Below are positions 25,690 through 36,695 of a stretch of 64,000 bases of DNA, one piece after another (within the stretch, counting starts at the first letter, position 1; each line of letters starts with the position of its first letter). A model generated the notes under the pieces. The model had not been told where the DNA came from. It worked only from the letters and a program-made list of their open reading frames with translations, and made no database searches. Origin of the DNA: an uncultured Candidatus Saccharibacteria bacterium (GTDB taxonomy: Bacteria > Patescibacteriota > WWE3 > UBA101185 > 2-01-FULL-41-18); contig CAZWQF010000001.1 of the NCBI GenBank assembly GCA_964636285.1, forward strand, positions 7,048 to 71,047. Reading direction: 5' to 3'. A program made the translations under genes and the position numbers.

Positions 25690-26815
25690 ATGAAAAACAA
25701 AAATAATTTTAATCCATTAGTTTTCTTATCCTCCTTAGGTGCTGGAGGCATTGCAGTGATGCCGTTTGTATTATTTCAATACACGGTAAGACATGGAGAG
25801 GGTTTAATAACTCGCTCACAGTTATGGTCAGGGGGGTTCAAGTAGTGTCTTTGGCATTTACTATCTGGTTATGGAGGGTATCATGGTGGTGTTTTCGCTT
25901 TTACATGTTGTTATAACCCTTATTTATTCTGGTGGCTTGTTGAAATGGGTGGGTACCCCTGACTTTAAAGATTTTATTAGAAACCCACTTAAGAACTCTG
26001 CAATTCTAGCTCCGTTAGTATCTCTATTAATGACAATGAACTTATTCATAGGGCCTATTAGATATTTTGTTTCAGCCTTATCAGCTAACTTTCAAAGTTT
26101 GTTTTTGCCTGCCTTTAGCATTTGGTTTGTTCTATTTATGACAGCACTTCTATTAGAAGTGAAGCTTCTGAAAACATCTTTTGAAGAAGGTTTTAATATT
26201 TCAGAAATGCATTTTGGATGGTTACTTCGCCCATTTTTATTGAGTATGTTATCAACAGTTGGTACGGGCATTGCAGCTATGAGTAAAGACTCAAGTATAG
26301 CTAATGCAGCTGCGTTTCTGTCCATGGTTTCCTTCACAGCGGGAATCTTTCTTTTTATCGTTCAGCTGGTCATATTATTTAAAAATTATCTTACCGCTCA
26401 TGGTCTTCCTGAGAGTAGCTCGCAGCCCAGTTTCCTTATAGTTATACCAAATATCACGCTCTTTGCTATTAGTGCTTTTAGATTTGGACACTTCTTGGAA
26501 AGGCATCACAGCTTTCATGTGGGTGCGTATTTTTACATAGTCTTAGGTCTAGCTTTTGCCTTTGAGATTTGGTACTTAGTTTTTGGGCTTTCTGTACTGA
26601 GGGGGTATTTTAAAAAATCTCATTTTAAGGAGTTCTATGTTACTCAATGGGGACTAATCTGCCCTTTAGTTGCCTTTGCCGTGCTTGGGTCCTTTGTTTA
26701 CAACGTTGTTCTTCAGTCCCCGATAATTTATGGGGGGATCTTAATTGCTGCGGGTTCAGCTATAGCTTTTTATTTTGAACTTATGTATAAGCAGTTTAGG
26801 TACTATAGGAAGTAG
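25690..26815 (+). pseudogene. TsoY-like/TDT-like multi-TM protein, frameshifted at a G6 run (possible sequencing error)
   Basis: FNPLVFLSSLGAGG N-terminus; deleting one G at 25831-25836 fuses the two ORFs. Confidence 0.65.
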
Positions 26816-26837
26816 CGTTTATATTGTAAGCTAGGTT

Positions 26838-27776
26838 TTACAAAAGAAATCTCTCAAACATAACAAAGGCAATATATGTCATTATGAGAATGGCCGCCTC
26901 AACTTTTCCAAGGCCCCTTCCTTTATAAGAAAAAAACGAAAACAAAGCCAGTGTTCCTATCAAAAAGCCTAGGGAAGAGGTTCCAGCCAAAGTACTAGAA
27001 GAAATTGGGCTTATTATGGAAGTGACTCCAAGCACAAGGGTGGAGTTGGCTATTACGCTCCCTACAATGTTTCCAAGCACCTCATTTTTATGGTGTGTTT
27101 TAATTGCTTTGAGGCCAAAAGCAAGCTCTGGAAGAGACGTACCTATAGCAGTGAGGGTGAGCCCTATTAATATTAGGGGTACATTCGCTAGGATACCTAT
27201 CTGCTCTGCTACTTTTACAATTAAATCCGCAGATGTAAGAAGTAGCACAACTGAAAAAATGAAAATTCCCGTCTCTTTGAGTACATTAGTTCCTCTTATC
27301 TTCTCAATTAACCCTTCTACTGGTGTGCTTCTCCTCAGTACAAGCACCAGGTAAAAAAAGTAACCTAGAATAAGTATTGTGCCATCTAGTCTAGATAGAG
27401 TCCCATCAAGCATAAGAACTAATGGGAGGGTTCCAAAAAACATTGTAAATATTACATCTTTATTCTTAATAATTTCTTTAGTACTTATTGCCCCTCCTAT
27501 TAGAATTGGAATTGAAATTATGATTGTTAAATCTGCAATATTGGATCCCAGAACATTTCCGTACGATAGGGATGGGTTGTTATCCAATGCGGACACTATC
27601 CCTACCATTAGTTCTGGTAGTGACGTTGCAAAGGCAATAACAAGAAAGCTAATAGTGTATTCGGAGATACTAAAATGCCTGGCTAATTTTGAGGATGCCG
27701 CAATCATGAGCTCTGCCGACTTCACAAGAAGTAATGAAAGTACTAATCCAGCTAGTATGTAAGTGAGTATTGTCAT
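26838..27776 (-). CDS. Na+/Ca2+ antiporter, CaCA family
   Basis: Two alpha repeats TSLPEL...GN..GS. Confidence 0.92.
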   Translation of the reverse strand: MTILTYILAGLVLSLLLVKSAELMIAASSKLARHFSISEYTISFLVIAFATSLPELMVGIVSALDNNPSLSYGNVLGSNIADLTIIISIPILIGGAISTKEIIKNKDVIFTMFFGTLPLVLMLDGTLSRLDGTILILGYFFYLVLVLRRSTPVEGLIEKIRGTNVLKETGIFIFSVVLLLTSADLIVKVAEQIGILANVPLILIGLTLTAIGTSLPELAFGLKAIKTHHKNEVLGNIVGSVIANSTLVLGVTSIISPISSSTLAGTSSLGFLIGTLALFSFFSYKGRGLGKVEAAILIMTYIAFVMFERFLL

Positions 27777-28327
27777 CCGGTCCTAAGCCCTACCTTCACA
27801 AGCTCCTCTTCACTTGGTATATCATTAACTCCGTGCCATTCCTTGGTGAACTTTAGGTACCAATTTGGATTTAGTTTTCCAAAAAACAGCAAGTCTTCCA
27901 TGATATCGAATATAAAGTGGCTCGCTACCCCAAATAGAAAAGCTGAGGTTATGTAATGACCTTGATCTAGGTATTTTGCGCCAAACAAAACTGCTAGTAT
28001 TGGAGTGAAAACATTGTGGAGATAGAGTCCTGACAACCCTTTATGGTATTTAGTCATAAAAGAGTATAGATTCTTAACCTTTCTTTTTTTAATGTAGCTT
28101 CTGACTATAGATGAATACGGGCATTTAGCTCCTGTTTTATAATAAAACAAAAAATGCTCTAGGTCAGGAAGTATGGCCCCTAACACACCTGCATATAAAA
28201 GATGCGAATACACGTATAAGTCGGTTTTGAATATTACAATTCCCGCAGCTAACCCTCCAAAAAGTATGTGTAGTGGGATATGAAAGTACTCGCTGAATTT
28301 CCTTGCATATACCAATATCTTTCTCAT
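27773..28327 (-). CDS. YdjM-like membrane metal-dependent hydrolase
   Basis: H...PDLEH...LH...SHFIFD motifs. Confidence 0.7.
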   Translation of the reverse strand: MRKILVYARKFSEYFHIPLHILFGGLAAGIVIFKTDLYVYSHLLYAGVLGAILPDLEHFLFYYKTGAKCPYSSIVRSYIKKRKVKNLYSFMTKYHKGLSGLYLHNVFTPILAVLFGAKYLDQGHYITSAFLFGVASHFIFDIMEDLLFFGKLNPNWYLKFTKEWHGVNDIPSEEELVKVGLRTG

Positions 28328-28328
28328 A

Positions 28329-28946
28329 ATGATATTCTACCACTTGATGCACAAGCTCAAAAACTATAGTACCAAGATAATCGTGCCTCATCCTCTCCTT
28401 ATCAGATTTCAACGAGCTAAATGTATAAGCGTAGATTTTGATGGGGTTTTAATTAGCCCCTACTCCTGGTCGTACTGGTTCTTTTCAGGGCCCAACATAC
28501 TTCTACCAGAAAGCAAATTTTTTAAACACGTAGAGAGGGCGTTTACCTCTATAACAAGTGGGTTTGGCAGACCTCCTATGGAAGGCTGTTTTCAAAAATT
28601 AACAGAGTTGAAAGACAAAGGGGCCTTTTTATATCTGCTAACCTCAAGAAGGCGTTACATAGAAAAAATGACTTTAAGTTGGTTGGATAGGCATGGCATG
28701 GGCAATTATTTTGACAAATCAATTTTTAACTATAATTCCTTGACTCCTATTGATCATAAGGTATTGTCCCTTAGAAGTAATTCTCAGATTCAAGTTCATG
28801 TTGATGACAGCCTTAAAACTATCCTGGTTTTATCAAAAGAATTTCCGGATAGGTTATTTGTTTGGATTACTGCTGGCTACTCCAATAAAAAGAAAAACCT
28901 GGGAATTAGAAACGTCCTTGAAGTGAACTCTTGGCTTGAGCTTTAA
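28329..28946 (+). CDS. HAD-superfamily hydrolase
   Basis: DFDGV, LTSR, K and VDDS motifs. Confidence 0.75.
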   Translation: MIFYHLMHKLKNYSTKIIVPHPLLIRFQRAKCISVDFDGVLISPYSWSYWFFSGPNILLPESKFFKHVERAFTSITSGFGRPPMEGCFQKLTELKDKGAFLYLLTSRRRYIEKMTLSWLDRHGMGNYFDKSIFNYNSLTPIDHKVLSLRSNSQIQVHVDDSLKTILVLSKEFPDRLFVWITAGYSNKKKNLGIRNVLEVNSWLEL

Positions 28947-28988
28947 CCTTAGCTTGTTTGTATTTTATATGGGTGGTATATAGATGAT

Positions 28989-30776
28989 ATGGAAAAACAG
29001 GATCTTGAAGAGATAAAATCAAGAACCGACATTGTAACTTTAATCTCTGCATACACTCCGCTTACAAAATCGGGAAGAAATTATAAGGGATTGTGCCCTT
29101 TCCATAACGAGAAAACACCTTCTTTTATGGTTTCACCAGATCTTCAAATTTTTAAGTGTTTTGGGTGTCAAAAGGGTGGGGATGTTTTTAACTTTATTCA
29201 GGAAGCTGAGGGTATAGAATTTGTTGATGCGGCGGTATATTTGGCCGAAAAAGCTGGTGTTAAAATTGAGCTAAAAAAAGGCTCCCCTCAAAATAAAGAT
29301 AGAAAAGATTTAATTAAAGAAATAAATCACAGAGCTTCAGAATTTTATCACTTCATCCTTACAAAGCATCCACTTGGAAAAGATGCACTCGAATATATAA
29401 AAGTGAAAAGAGGTTTATCTGACGAAATGCTCAAAGCATTTAATATTGGTTATGCACCAAATTCTTGGAGAAGCTTAAGTGATTATTTACAGAAGAAAAA
29501 CTATCGAATAGATGACGTTGTGGCATCAGGACTTTCGATTACAAAAGATGGGGGAGGGGTTTATGATAGGTTCAGAGGACGAATTACTTTTCCTATTAAT
29601 GACGTAACTGGAAGCACAATTGGGTTTTCTGCAAGAGCTCTTGGGGACGAGTCACCAAAGTATTTAAATACGCCAGAAACCGAGGTTTTCCATAAAGGGA
29701 AAGTGCTTTATGGAATAGAAAAAGCAAAAGTATTTATTAAAAGAATGGGATTGGCAGTTTTGGTTGAGGGACAGATGGACGTTGTTTCTGCACATATGGC
29801 GGGATTTGGTAATGTTGTTGCATCTGGGGGGACTGCGCTAACTCTTGATCATCTGGAAATTTTAAAAAAACTCACAAAAGACATAGCGTTTTGCTTTGAC
29901 ACTGATTTTGCAGGATTTGAGGCTACTTCAAGAGCCATTGAACTAGCAGAGAGCGTAGGCCTAAATGTGAAAGTCGTGGTAATTCCAAAGCCATTTAAAG
30001 ACCTAGATGAGTGCGTACGAGCGGATAAGGAGGTTTTTGCACAGGCTCTTGAGCAGGCAGGGTCTATATATGACTTTTATTTACTATCTGCCTTTACCAG
30101 AAACAACGTCTTTGACCCCCTTGGCAAAAAGAAGATTGTAGACTTTTTGGCTCCGCTACTTGCAAAAATCAAGAATCCAGTGCTTAAGGAGCACTACATT
30201 AAGAAGGTCGCAGTGGAACTCAATACATCGGAAAGCTCTATTTATGGCCTGGTTGAGGCTTTTTCGGCCAAAAACCAAAATTCTACATCCTATAGAAACG
30301 ATGCTGTGAATGCTTTTGTTGGTTCAAGTTTGCAGGGTACAGCCTTGCAGGAACACATTCTTTCGCTTATACTCAAGACCCCACTTGACTTAGCACAGAC
30401 TAGCCTATATAAATTAGGCCAGCGGGATTTCACGGACAGATCCCTAGAAGGTATTTTTATTGAGTTAAAAGAGCACTTGTTGGGCAGAAAAAGAAAGTTT
30501 GATGTTAAAACTTTCTGCGCTAAACTAGATACAGCTCTTTCTCAAAGAGTAGAAAGCCTTTACCTAAGGGACACTCCGTTCTCTGATGACGAATCGGAAA
30601 CCCAAAAACTAAGGCAAGAAATCTTGGTATCATTAAAAAGGCTTAAAGCCGAAACCGTAAAGCGGGAATTAAAATTAATATCAAACAAAATAAAGGAAGC
30701 CGAATCCTCGTCTAATTTTGAGGAGGTGGAAAGGCTGACAGAAGAGTTTAAAAATGTTTCTGAAAGGCTGATCTAA
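28989..30776 (+). CDS. dnaG: DNA primase
   Basis: CPFH..CFGC zinc finger, KYLNTPET, EGQMD and DTD. Confidence 0.97.
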   Translation: MEKQDLEEIKSRTDIVTLISAYTPLTKSGRNYKGLCPFHNEKTPSFMVSPDLQIFKCFGCQKGGDVFNFIQEAEGIEFVDAAVYLAEKAGVKIELKKGSPQNKDRKDLIKEINHRASEFYHFILTKHPLGKDALEYIKVKRGLSDEMLKAFNIGYAPNSWRSLSDYLQKKNYRIDDVVASGLSITKDGGGVYDRFRGRITFPINDVTGSTIGFSARALGDESPKYLNTPETEVFHKGKVLYGIEKAKVFIKRMGLAVLVEGQMDVVSAHMAGFGNVVASGGTALTLDHLEILKKLTKDIAFCFDTDFAGFEATSRAIELAESVGLNVKVVVIPKPFKDLDECVRADKEVFAQALEQAGSIYDFYLLSAFTRNNVFDPLGKKKIVDFLAPLLAKIKNPVLKEHYIKKVAVELNTSESSIYGLVEAFSAKNQNSTSYRNDAVNAFVGSSLQGTALQEHILSLILKTPLDLAQTSLYKLGQRDFTDRSLEGIFIELKEHLLGRKRKFDVKTFCAKLDTALSQRVESLYLRDTPFSDDESETQKLRQEILVSLKRLKAETVKRELKLISNKIKEAESSSNFEEVERLTEEFKNVSERLI

Positions 30777-30779
30777 ATT

Positions 30780-32033
30780 ATGAAAAACACAAAGGCTAAG
30801 TTTAAAAAAATAAAAGATACAAAACCAGAAAAAGTAGAAAAAAAATTAGCCACAAAAACAAAAGCACCTGTTCCAGCCAAAGTGGATGTAAAGAAAGGAT
30901 CAAAGGAGCAGGTAGCTGAAGTTGTAGCATCTGTAAAAGAGCTATCTCCCAAAGATAAAGCAAAAAGAGAGCTTAATTTAAAAAAGCTAATTGTTAAAGG
31001 TAAGAAGCAAGGGTTTTTGACTCAAGAGGACGTGCTTGCACTATTTCCTGAGGCAGAAGAAAACATTACTGAGCTTGATGATCTCTATGGAAAACTTCTT
31101 GAAGCTGGAGTTGACGTTTTTGATAACACCGCGATTGAGGAAACCGAAAAAGAAGAAGAAGCTCCAGTAGAAATTGACCTTACGGAATTCACTGTAGATA
31201 AAGCAGTTTCCACAGATCCAGTCAGAATGTATCTAAGGGAAATTGGAAAAGTAGCGCTTTTAAAGGCTCCAGATGAAGTGGCTTTGGCAAAAGCTGCAGA
31301 AAAAGGAGATAAAGTTGCAACTGATAAGCTTATTGGAGCAAACCTTAGACTTGTAGTCTCTATCGCAAAAAAATATATGGGTAGAGGACTTCCTTTCCTT
31401 GATTTAATTCAGGAAGGGAACATTGGGCTCATGAGAGCGGTTGAAAAATTTGACTGGCGAAGAGGATTCAAGTTTTCTACATACGCAACATGGTGGATCA
31501 GACAGGCTATTACAAGAGCAATTGCTGACCACGCAAGAACAATAAGAATTCCTGTTCACATGATTGAAACAATAAACAAATTCAAGAGAATTCAGAGAAA
31601 GCTTGAGCAGGAGCTTGAAAGACCTCCAAAGCCAGAAGAAGTAGCAAAAGAAATGGGAATTGATGTGGAGAAGGCAAATGAAATCATTAAAATTTCTCAA
31701 GAACCTACATCAATTGAAACTCCAGTAGGAAAAGAGGAGGATTCAAAGCTTAAGGAGTTTATCCCAGATCTTGATATTGAGTCTCCTTTTGAAGCTGCAA
31801 GTTATGAGCTTTTAAAAGGTCACTTGGATGAAGTGTTGCAGACACTAAATCCAAGAGAGCAAAAAGTTCTTGAATTAAGATTTGGACTTAAAGATGGAAG
31901 GCCAAGAACTCTTGAGGAAGTAGGAAAAGAATTTGGTGTCACAAGAGAAAGAATCAGGCAGATTGAAGCCAAAGCTCTGAGAAAACTCAGACACCCCTCA
32001 AGAAGTAAAAAACTTAGAGATTACCTTGGATAG
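30780..32033 (+). CDS. rpoD: Primary sigma factor
   Basis: [31 protein letters not shown] and TRERIRQIE. Confidence 0.97.
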   Translation: MKNTKAKFKKIKDTKPEKVEKKLATKTKAPVPAKVDVKKGSKEQVAEVVASVKELSPKDKAKRELNLKKLIVKGKKQGFLTQEDVLALFPEAEENITELDDLYGKLLEAGVDVFDNTAIEETEKEEEAPVEIDLTEFTVDKAVSTDPVRMYLREIGKVALLKAPDEVALAKAAEKGDKVATDKLIGANLRLVVSIAKKYMGRGLPFLDLIQEGNIGLMRAVEKFDWRRGFKFSTYATWWIRQAITRAIADHARTIRIPVHMIETINKFKRIQRKLEQELERPPKPEEVAKEMGIDVEKANEIIKISQEPTSIETPVGKEEDSKLKEFIPDLDIESPFEAASYELLKGHLDEVLQTLNPREQKVLELRFGLKDGRPRTLEEVGKEFGVTRERIRQIEAKALRKLRHPSRSKKLRDYLG

Positions 32034-32058
32034 TAAGTAATTTAATCTTGGGGCGGTT

Positions 32059-33255
32059 ATGAAAATAGCCTTAGTAACAGACACTTTCTTACCTCAGATA
32101 AATGGCATTGCAACCTATGTTGCAAACATTGCTGAGGAGCTTGGAAGAAGAGGTCATGAGGTACTCATAATCGCTCCTAAGATTAAAAATCCCCACAGAA
32201 AAAAGTTTTCAGCAAAAAATGTAAAGGTAGTAGAGGTGGTATCAGTACCAGTGGACTTTTTATACACTGAATTTAAAGTTCCCGTTATGGGATTTCCTAA
32301 AGTTCTATCTGCGCTTAATGATTTTAAACCTGACTTAATTCATTTTCAGATGCCCCTACCTCTTGGTGTTGATTCAATTCTTTGTTCAAAGATTTTAAAC
32401 ATTCCGTTGGTTTCTACCTTGCATACATTTATGACGGCGTCTGAGTACTTACTCGTTTTAATGCCCGAAAAATTTGCCAACAAGCCTGTTACGGACTTTA
32501 TTATGAATCTTAGTAATTTTATGTACAGCGCTGCGGATTTAAGAATAAGCGTTTCAAAAGAGTTAATCACCGAACTCAAAAAATCAGGTTATAGAAAAGA
32601 AGTGAAATATATCCCAAGCTGCGTTTTGCTACCTGATCCAGAAAACAAGAAGCATGTTGACGTAAAAGCATTGAAAAAGAAGCTTGGGCTTAGGACAGAT
32701 CTTAAAACGGTACTACATTTTGGAAGGATTTCCGGAGAAAAAATGGTAGGGGAGGTAATTGAAGCATTTTCAAAGATGAAAACAAAGGATTCCCAGCTTC
32801 TTATAATTGGAGACGGTCCTGTAAAAAAAGACCTAGAAGGCTTAGTCAAAGAATTAGATCTTGAGAAAAGGGTAGTTTTCACTGGCTTTATTGATCATCA
32901 GGAGCTTGTTTCATCAGGCATTTTATACGTTGGAGATGTATTTATTACGGCCAGTACTACTGAAAATAACCCAATGGTAGCTCTTGAATCCATGGCTCAC
33001 GGACTTCCTCTTATTGCTCCTGCTGCAGGTGGGCTAAAAAGTCTGGTAGATGGAAACGGGTTTTTAGTTGATCCCCATGATGTGGAAGGTTTTTCAAAAT
33101 CGTTAGACCTAGTTTTGTCAGATCCAAAACTCCACTTAAAGTTCTCAAAAAAGTCTTTACTTCTTGCTGAAGAAAGATCCGTAGAAAATGTTGTTACAAA
33201 GCTTCTTGTAGAGTACAAAAAAGCAATTCAAAAAAAGCAAGCCTTGAGATTGTAG
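32059..33255 (+). CDS. GT4 glycosyltransferase
   Basis: DTFLPQINGI, GRI..EK and E-x7-E motifs. Confidence 0.9.
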   Translation: MKIALVTDTFLPQINGIATYVANIAEELGRRGHEVLIIAPKIKNPHRKKFSAKNVKVVEVVSVPVDFLYTEFKVPVMGFPKVLSALNDFKPDLIHFQMPLPLGVDSILCSKILNIPLVSTLHTFMTASEYLLVLMPEKFANKPVTDFIMNLSNFMYSAADLRISVSKELITELKKSGYRKEVKYIPSCVLLPDPENKKHVDVKALKKKLGLRTDLKTVLHFGRISGEKMVGEVIEAFSKMKTKDSQLLIIGDGPVKKDLEGLVKELDLEKRVVFTGFIDHQELVSSGILYVGDVFITASTTENNPMVALESMAHGLPLIAPAAGGLKSLVDGNGFLVDPHDVEGFSKSLDLVLSDPKLHLKFSKKSLLLAEERSVENVVTKLLVEYKKAIQKKQALRL

Positions 33256-33281
33256 GCTGGTTTAATTTACAATATTGCTTG

Positions 33282-34421
33282 ATGCCCAAAAAAACTGCCA
33301 TAAAACCCAATTCAAAGTCTTCAAAAAAGGCTCAAGACAATGCTAAAGCATCTTTTTGGCCGTCGTTCTCACTAAGCAGGCATGTGCTTAGAGACATAAA
33401 AACTATTTGGTCTTATAAAATCACAAAGCTTTTTGCAGGACTTTTAGTTCTGGTTCTTGTTTCGCCATTTATTGTTGCCTTTTCATTAAATTTGCACCCA
33501 GCAAAGAGTATAGACTACGGCGTAACTTTTAGCCCGCCCTATGCCACTTCGCTTGGATTTGATTGGCGAAAAATGTACATTGATATCCTTGATGACCTAA
33601 AAGTTAATAATTTTAGGCTGGTTGCATACTGGAATAGAGTTGAGCCAGAAGAGGGTAAATATGACTTTTCCGAACTCGATTGGCAGATTGATGAAGCAAG
33701 AAAAAGAGATGCAAAGGTAATACTTTCGATTGGAAGAAAAGTCCCAAGATGGCCTGAGTGCCATGATCCAGAGTGGCTCAAATCAAAGTCTAAAGCAGAT
33801 CAGGAAAAAGCAACCTTGAAGCTCCTAGAAGCTTTGGTGACTCATTTCAAAGGCTATGAGAACATCTCCATGTGGCAGGTTGAAAATGAGCCTTATTTTC
33901 CGTTTGGTGAGTGTACTCCTCCAAGATGGGAATTCATAAATCAGGAAATGGAGCTTGTAAAAAAGCTTGACCCGTCAAGACAAACAATCACGCAAGATAG
34001 TGGCGAAGGGGGATTGTGGAAGCCAACTTACCTTTTGAATGGGGAGTATCTTGGAATCTCAATGTACAGGCGAATTTGGTACGACTTCTGGGGAGTTTTT
34101 CTAGGGCACAGCATATTTTTTGAGTACCCGCTTTCTTATTGGTCTTACCCATTAAAAGCTCGAATTGCAGGAGTGCCACTTGAGAAAGTAAAAGTTCTTG
34201 AACTTCAAGCCGAGCCTTGGGGTGATGGCGCTGTTGATAATCTTTCGCAAGAGATTAAAGACAAAACTATGTCTAAGGATAAGTTTTTAGAGACAATAAG
34301 TTACGCACAAAAAACCGGAATAAACACATTGTATTTCTGGGGAGTAGAGTGGTGGTACTGGGAAAAATACTCAAACAATAATCCATTCTTCTGGGAAGCC
34401 TCCAAAGCATTCTGGAGATAG
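33282..34421 (+). CDS. Membrane-anchored clan GH-A glycoside hydrolase (GH5/GH42-like)
   Basis: WQVENEP acid/base motif, ELQAEPW and N-terminal TM. Confidence 0.75.
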   Translation: MPKKTAIKPNSKSSKKAQDNAKASFWPSFSLSRHVLRDIKTIWSYKITKLFAGLLVLVLVSPFIVAFSLNLHPAKSIDYGVTFSPPYATSLGFDWRKMYIDILDDLKVNNFRLVAYWNRVEPEEGKYDFSELDWQIDEARKRDAKVILSIGRKVPRWPECHDPEWLKSKSKADQEKATLKLLEALVTHFKGYENISMWQVENEPYFPFGECTPPRWEFINQEMELVKKLDPSRQTITQDSGEGGLWKPTYLLNGEYLGISMYRRIWYDFWGVFLGHSIFFEYPLSYWSYPLKARIAGVPLEKVKVLELQAEPWGDGAVDNLSQEIKDKTMSKDKFLETISYAQKTGINTLYFWGVEWWYWEKYSNNNPFFWEASKAFWR

Positions 34422-34434
34422 AGTAGATAAAAAG

Positions 34435-34506
34435 AAAGGCCGGCACCCTCTCTCCCTGTCCTCGACCCTCACGGGTCTGCGGGCGGTCGTTCGGACGCCG
34501 GCCTTT
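34435..34506 (-). repeat. Structured GC-rich repeat, copy 2
   Basis: Inverted copy of 18875-18942 with a different but paired outer stem; GACCC-GTGA-GGGTC. Confidence 0.85.
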
Positions 34507-34515
34507 GCTTGTTAT

Positions 34516-34830
34516 TTACTTAAGTTTTAGAGTGCCTTTTAGAGACTCCTTTATTTTCTTGGCATTTTCTTTGATTAATGGTTCGTTTTTGCCGTATTCT
34601 TCAACTACTTTATCTACAATCTTTTTGTAAGATTCTTCTGTTAACTCTTTTGTTTCAGAGAGTCTTTTTTCAAGTTCGATTTTAAGTTTATCTGTTACTT
34701 CCTTAAGTTTTTTCCTAGTTTCTTTTCCTTCTTGTGGTGCAAAAAGCACGCCCATTGCAGTACCAACTAAGGCTCCAAGAATAACTCCGGCTGGGAACAA
34801 TACATTGTTTGAATTTTTATTATTTGGCAT
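34516..34830 (-). CDS. YtxH-domain protein
   Basis: GALVG...LFAP..GKETRKKL motif. Confidence 0.85.
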   Translation of the reverse strand: MPNNKNSNNVLFPAGVILGALVGTAMGVLFAPQEGKETRKKLKEVTDKLKIELEKRLSETKELTEESYKKIVDKVVEEYGKNEPLIKENAKKIKESLKGTLKLK

Positions 34831-34903
34831 ACGTAGATTATAGCATTCTAAGAGAATCGCTAAACATAATTCATTCAAAAGGTTATAATAAAGCTCTAAT
34901 TGT

Positions 34904-36658
34904 ATGTACAAGATAGATAAGAAAAAGATTTTAATAGCAGTTGCTTGGCCGTATGTAAATGGAGACTTGCACATTGGGCATTATGCTGGTTACTTATTGC
35001 CGGCAGACATTTCTGCAAGGTTTCACAGGCTGATGGGAAGAGATGTTCTAATGGTCTCAGGCTCAGACTGCTTTGGAACACCCATAACTGTTGAAGCAGA
35101 TAGACTTGGAAAAGCTCCAAAAGACATAGTAGAAACTTACCATCAAAGAGACGTGGACTTAATGAAAACTCTACAGATGTCTTATGACCTTTACACAAAA
35201 ACAGACACACCAAACCATAGAAGACTAACCCAGGAAATATTCATAAAAATGATGGACGAAGGGTACATATTTAAAGATAAGTCCACCCAGTACTATTCGG
35301 ATACTGAAAAAAGATTTTTACCGGATAGATACGTAGAAGGAAAATGTCCAAAATGCGGTTTTGAAGGTGCACGAAGCGATCAATGCGATAAATGTAGCGC
35401 AGTTCTTGATCAAGGTGAGCTGTTAAATCCAATGAGCAAAAATACAAAGACGCCTGTTTCGTTAAAAGAAACTGAGCATTACTTTATAGACTGGACAAAA
35501 CTCCAAACATTTCTTGAGTTTTTTGTTGGGGATCCAAAACTTCACCCTCTTGGCTGGAGAGATTGGGTGCTATCTGAAACAAGAGGCTGGCTTAGGCAGG
35601 GCCTTAAACCCAGAGCAATAACCCGTGACTTGGACTGGGGAGTTGAGCTACCGGCAGAGAGAATTCCTGGAACTTTGAAGATAGAAAACATGGAGAACAA
35701 GAGAATATATGTTTGGTTTGATGCAGTAATCGGTTATCTATCAGCAAGCATGGAGTGGGCGGAAATTCATAATGATGACTGGAGAAGATTTTGGTATGGA
35801 AAGCAGATTACTCATTACTATTTCATGGGTAAAGATAATCTTATTTTCCACGCTCTTTTCTGGCCTGGACAACTCCACGTGTACGATCCTGAGCTTCATC
35901 TTCCTGATTTTTTGGCCATTAACCAGTTTTTAAATCTTGAAGGTAAAAAGTTTTCAAAAAGCAGAGGAGTTATTGTTGACACAAAATATTTAGTTGAGAA
36001 GTATGGAAACGACATAGTTAGATTTTACCTCTGTCTCATAATGCCTGAGGAGAATGATTCCAACTTTTCATGGGATGATTTTTGTGAAAAAACTAACAAT
36101 GTTTTAATTGGAAACATAGGCAACCTTTTTAACAGGGTACTTACATTAGCTAAGGGCGTAGATTTTTCTAAATATTCTGTAGATGATATTTCCTCAAGAG
36201 ATAAGCATACTGCCTTTTCCTCTATGGAAGATGTAGAAAACTTTGTTACAGAGACTTACACTGAGTGCCTAGAAACTTTGGAGCAGTCAAAATTTAAGGC
36301 ATATTTAACAGCAATAATCTCGCTTTCAAGCTTTGCAAATTATTTTATGAGCATTAGGACTCCTTGGAAGTTTAAGGAAAATAATGTGGAGTGGTTTGAA
36401 AAATCCATGTTTAATCTTGTAGTTGTAATTGTTGAGCTTTCTTATCTTTTGATGCCTCTTCTTCCGAATGCAGCTCAGAGAATGTTTGCAGACTTAGGCT
36501 TGGAGTTTCCAGCCACATGGCCTTCAAAAGATGAAGACTTACTAGCATTCTTTATTGCCAAGGCAAAAAGCGTTCGAATAGAAAACGCCGCGCCTATTTT
36601 CTCAAAAATTGATCTTCTAGATATTGATGAAGAAAAGAAAAAGCTCCCTGAAAAATAA
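34904..36658 (+). CDS. metG: Methionyl-tRNA synthetase
   Basis: HIGH, zinc knuckle, YVWFDA and KFSKS. Confidence 0.96.
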   Translation: MYKIDKKKILIAVAWPYVNGDLHIGHYAGYLLPADISARFHRLMGRDVLMVSGSDCFGTPITVEADRLGKAPKDIVETYHQRDVDLMKTLQMSYDLYTKTDTPNHRRLTQEIFIKMMDEGYIFKDKSTQYYSDTEKRFLPDRYVEGKCPKCGFEGARSDQCDKCSAVLDQGELLNPMSKNTKTPVSLKETEHYFIDWTKLQTFLEFFVGDPKLHPLGWRDWVLSETRGWLRQGLKPRAITRDLDWGVELPAERIPGTLKIENMENKRIYVWFDAVIGYLSASMEWAEIHNDDWRRFWYGKQITHYYFMGKDNLIFHALFWPGQLHVYDPELHLPDFLAINQFLNLEGKKFSKSRGVIVDTKYLVEKYGNDIVRFYLCLIMPEENDSNFSWDDFCEKTNNVLIGNIGNLFNRVLTLAKGVDFSKYSVDDISSRDKHTAFSSMEDVENFVTETYTECLETLEQSKFKAYLTAIISLSSFANYFMSIRTPWKFKENNVEWFEKSMFNLVVVIVELSYLLMPLLPNAAQRMFADLGLEFPATWPSKDEDLLAFFIAKAKSVRIENAAPIFSKIDLLDIDEEKKKLPEK

Positions 36659-36695
36659 CAAGGAGCTGTTTTCTTTTACTTCAATTTCTTTTTAG

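Noticed and set aside
25690-26815. Selenocysteine or stop-codon recoding (genetic code 25)
   Set aside because: The break is a frameshift ending at TAG, and TGA terminates conserved genes such as rpmH, sufS and yidC.
30385-30413. Internal rpoD promoter in dnaG (TTGACT-17-TATAAA)
   Set aside because: Plausible and common in bacteria, but it cannot be separated from chance in AT-rich coding DNA.
34438-34506. HDV-like ribozyme (starts GGCCGGC, contains TCCTCG)
   Set aside because: It lacks the GG for P1.1, P4 and J4/2 after the closing strand; the other copy lacks this start; the GNRA loop favours the opposite strand.
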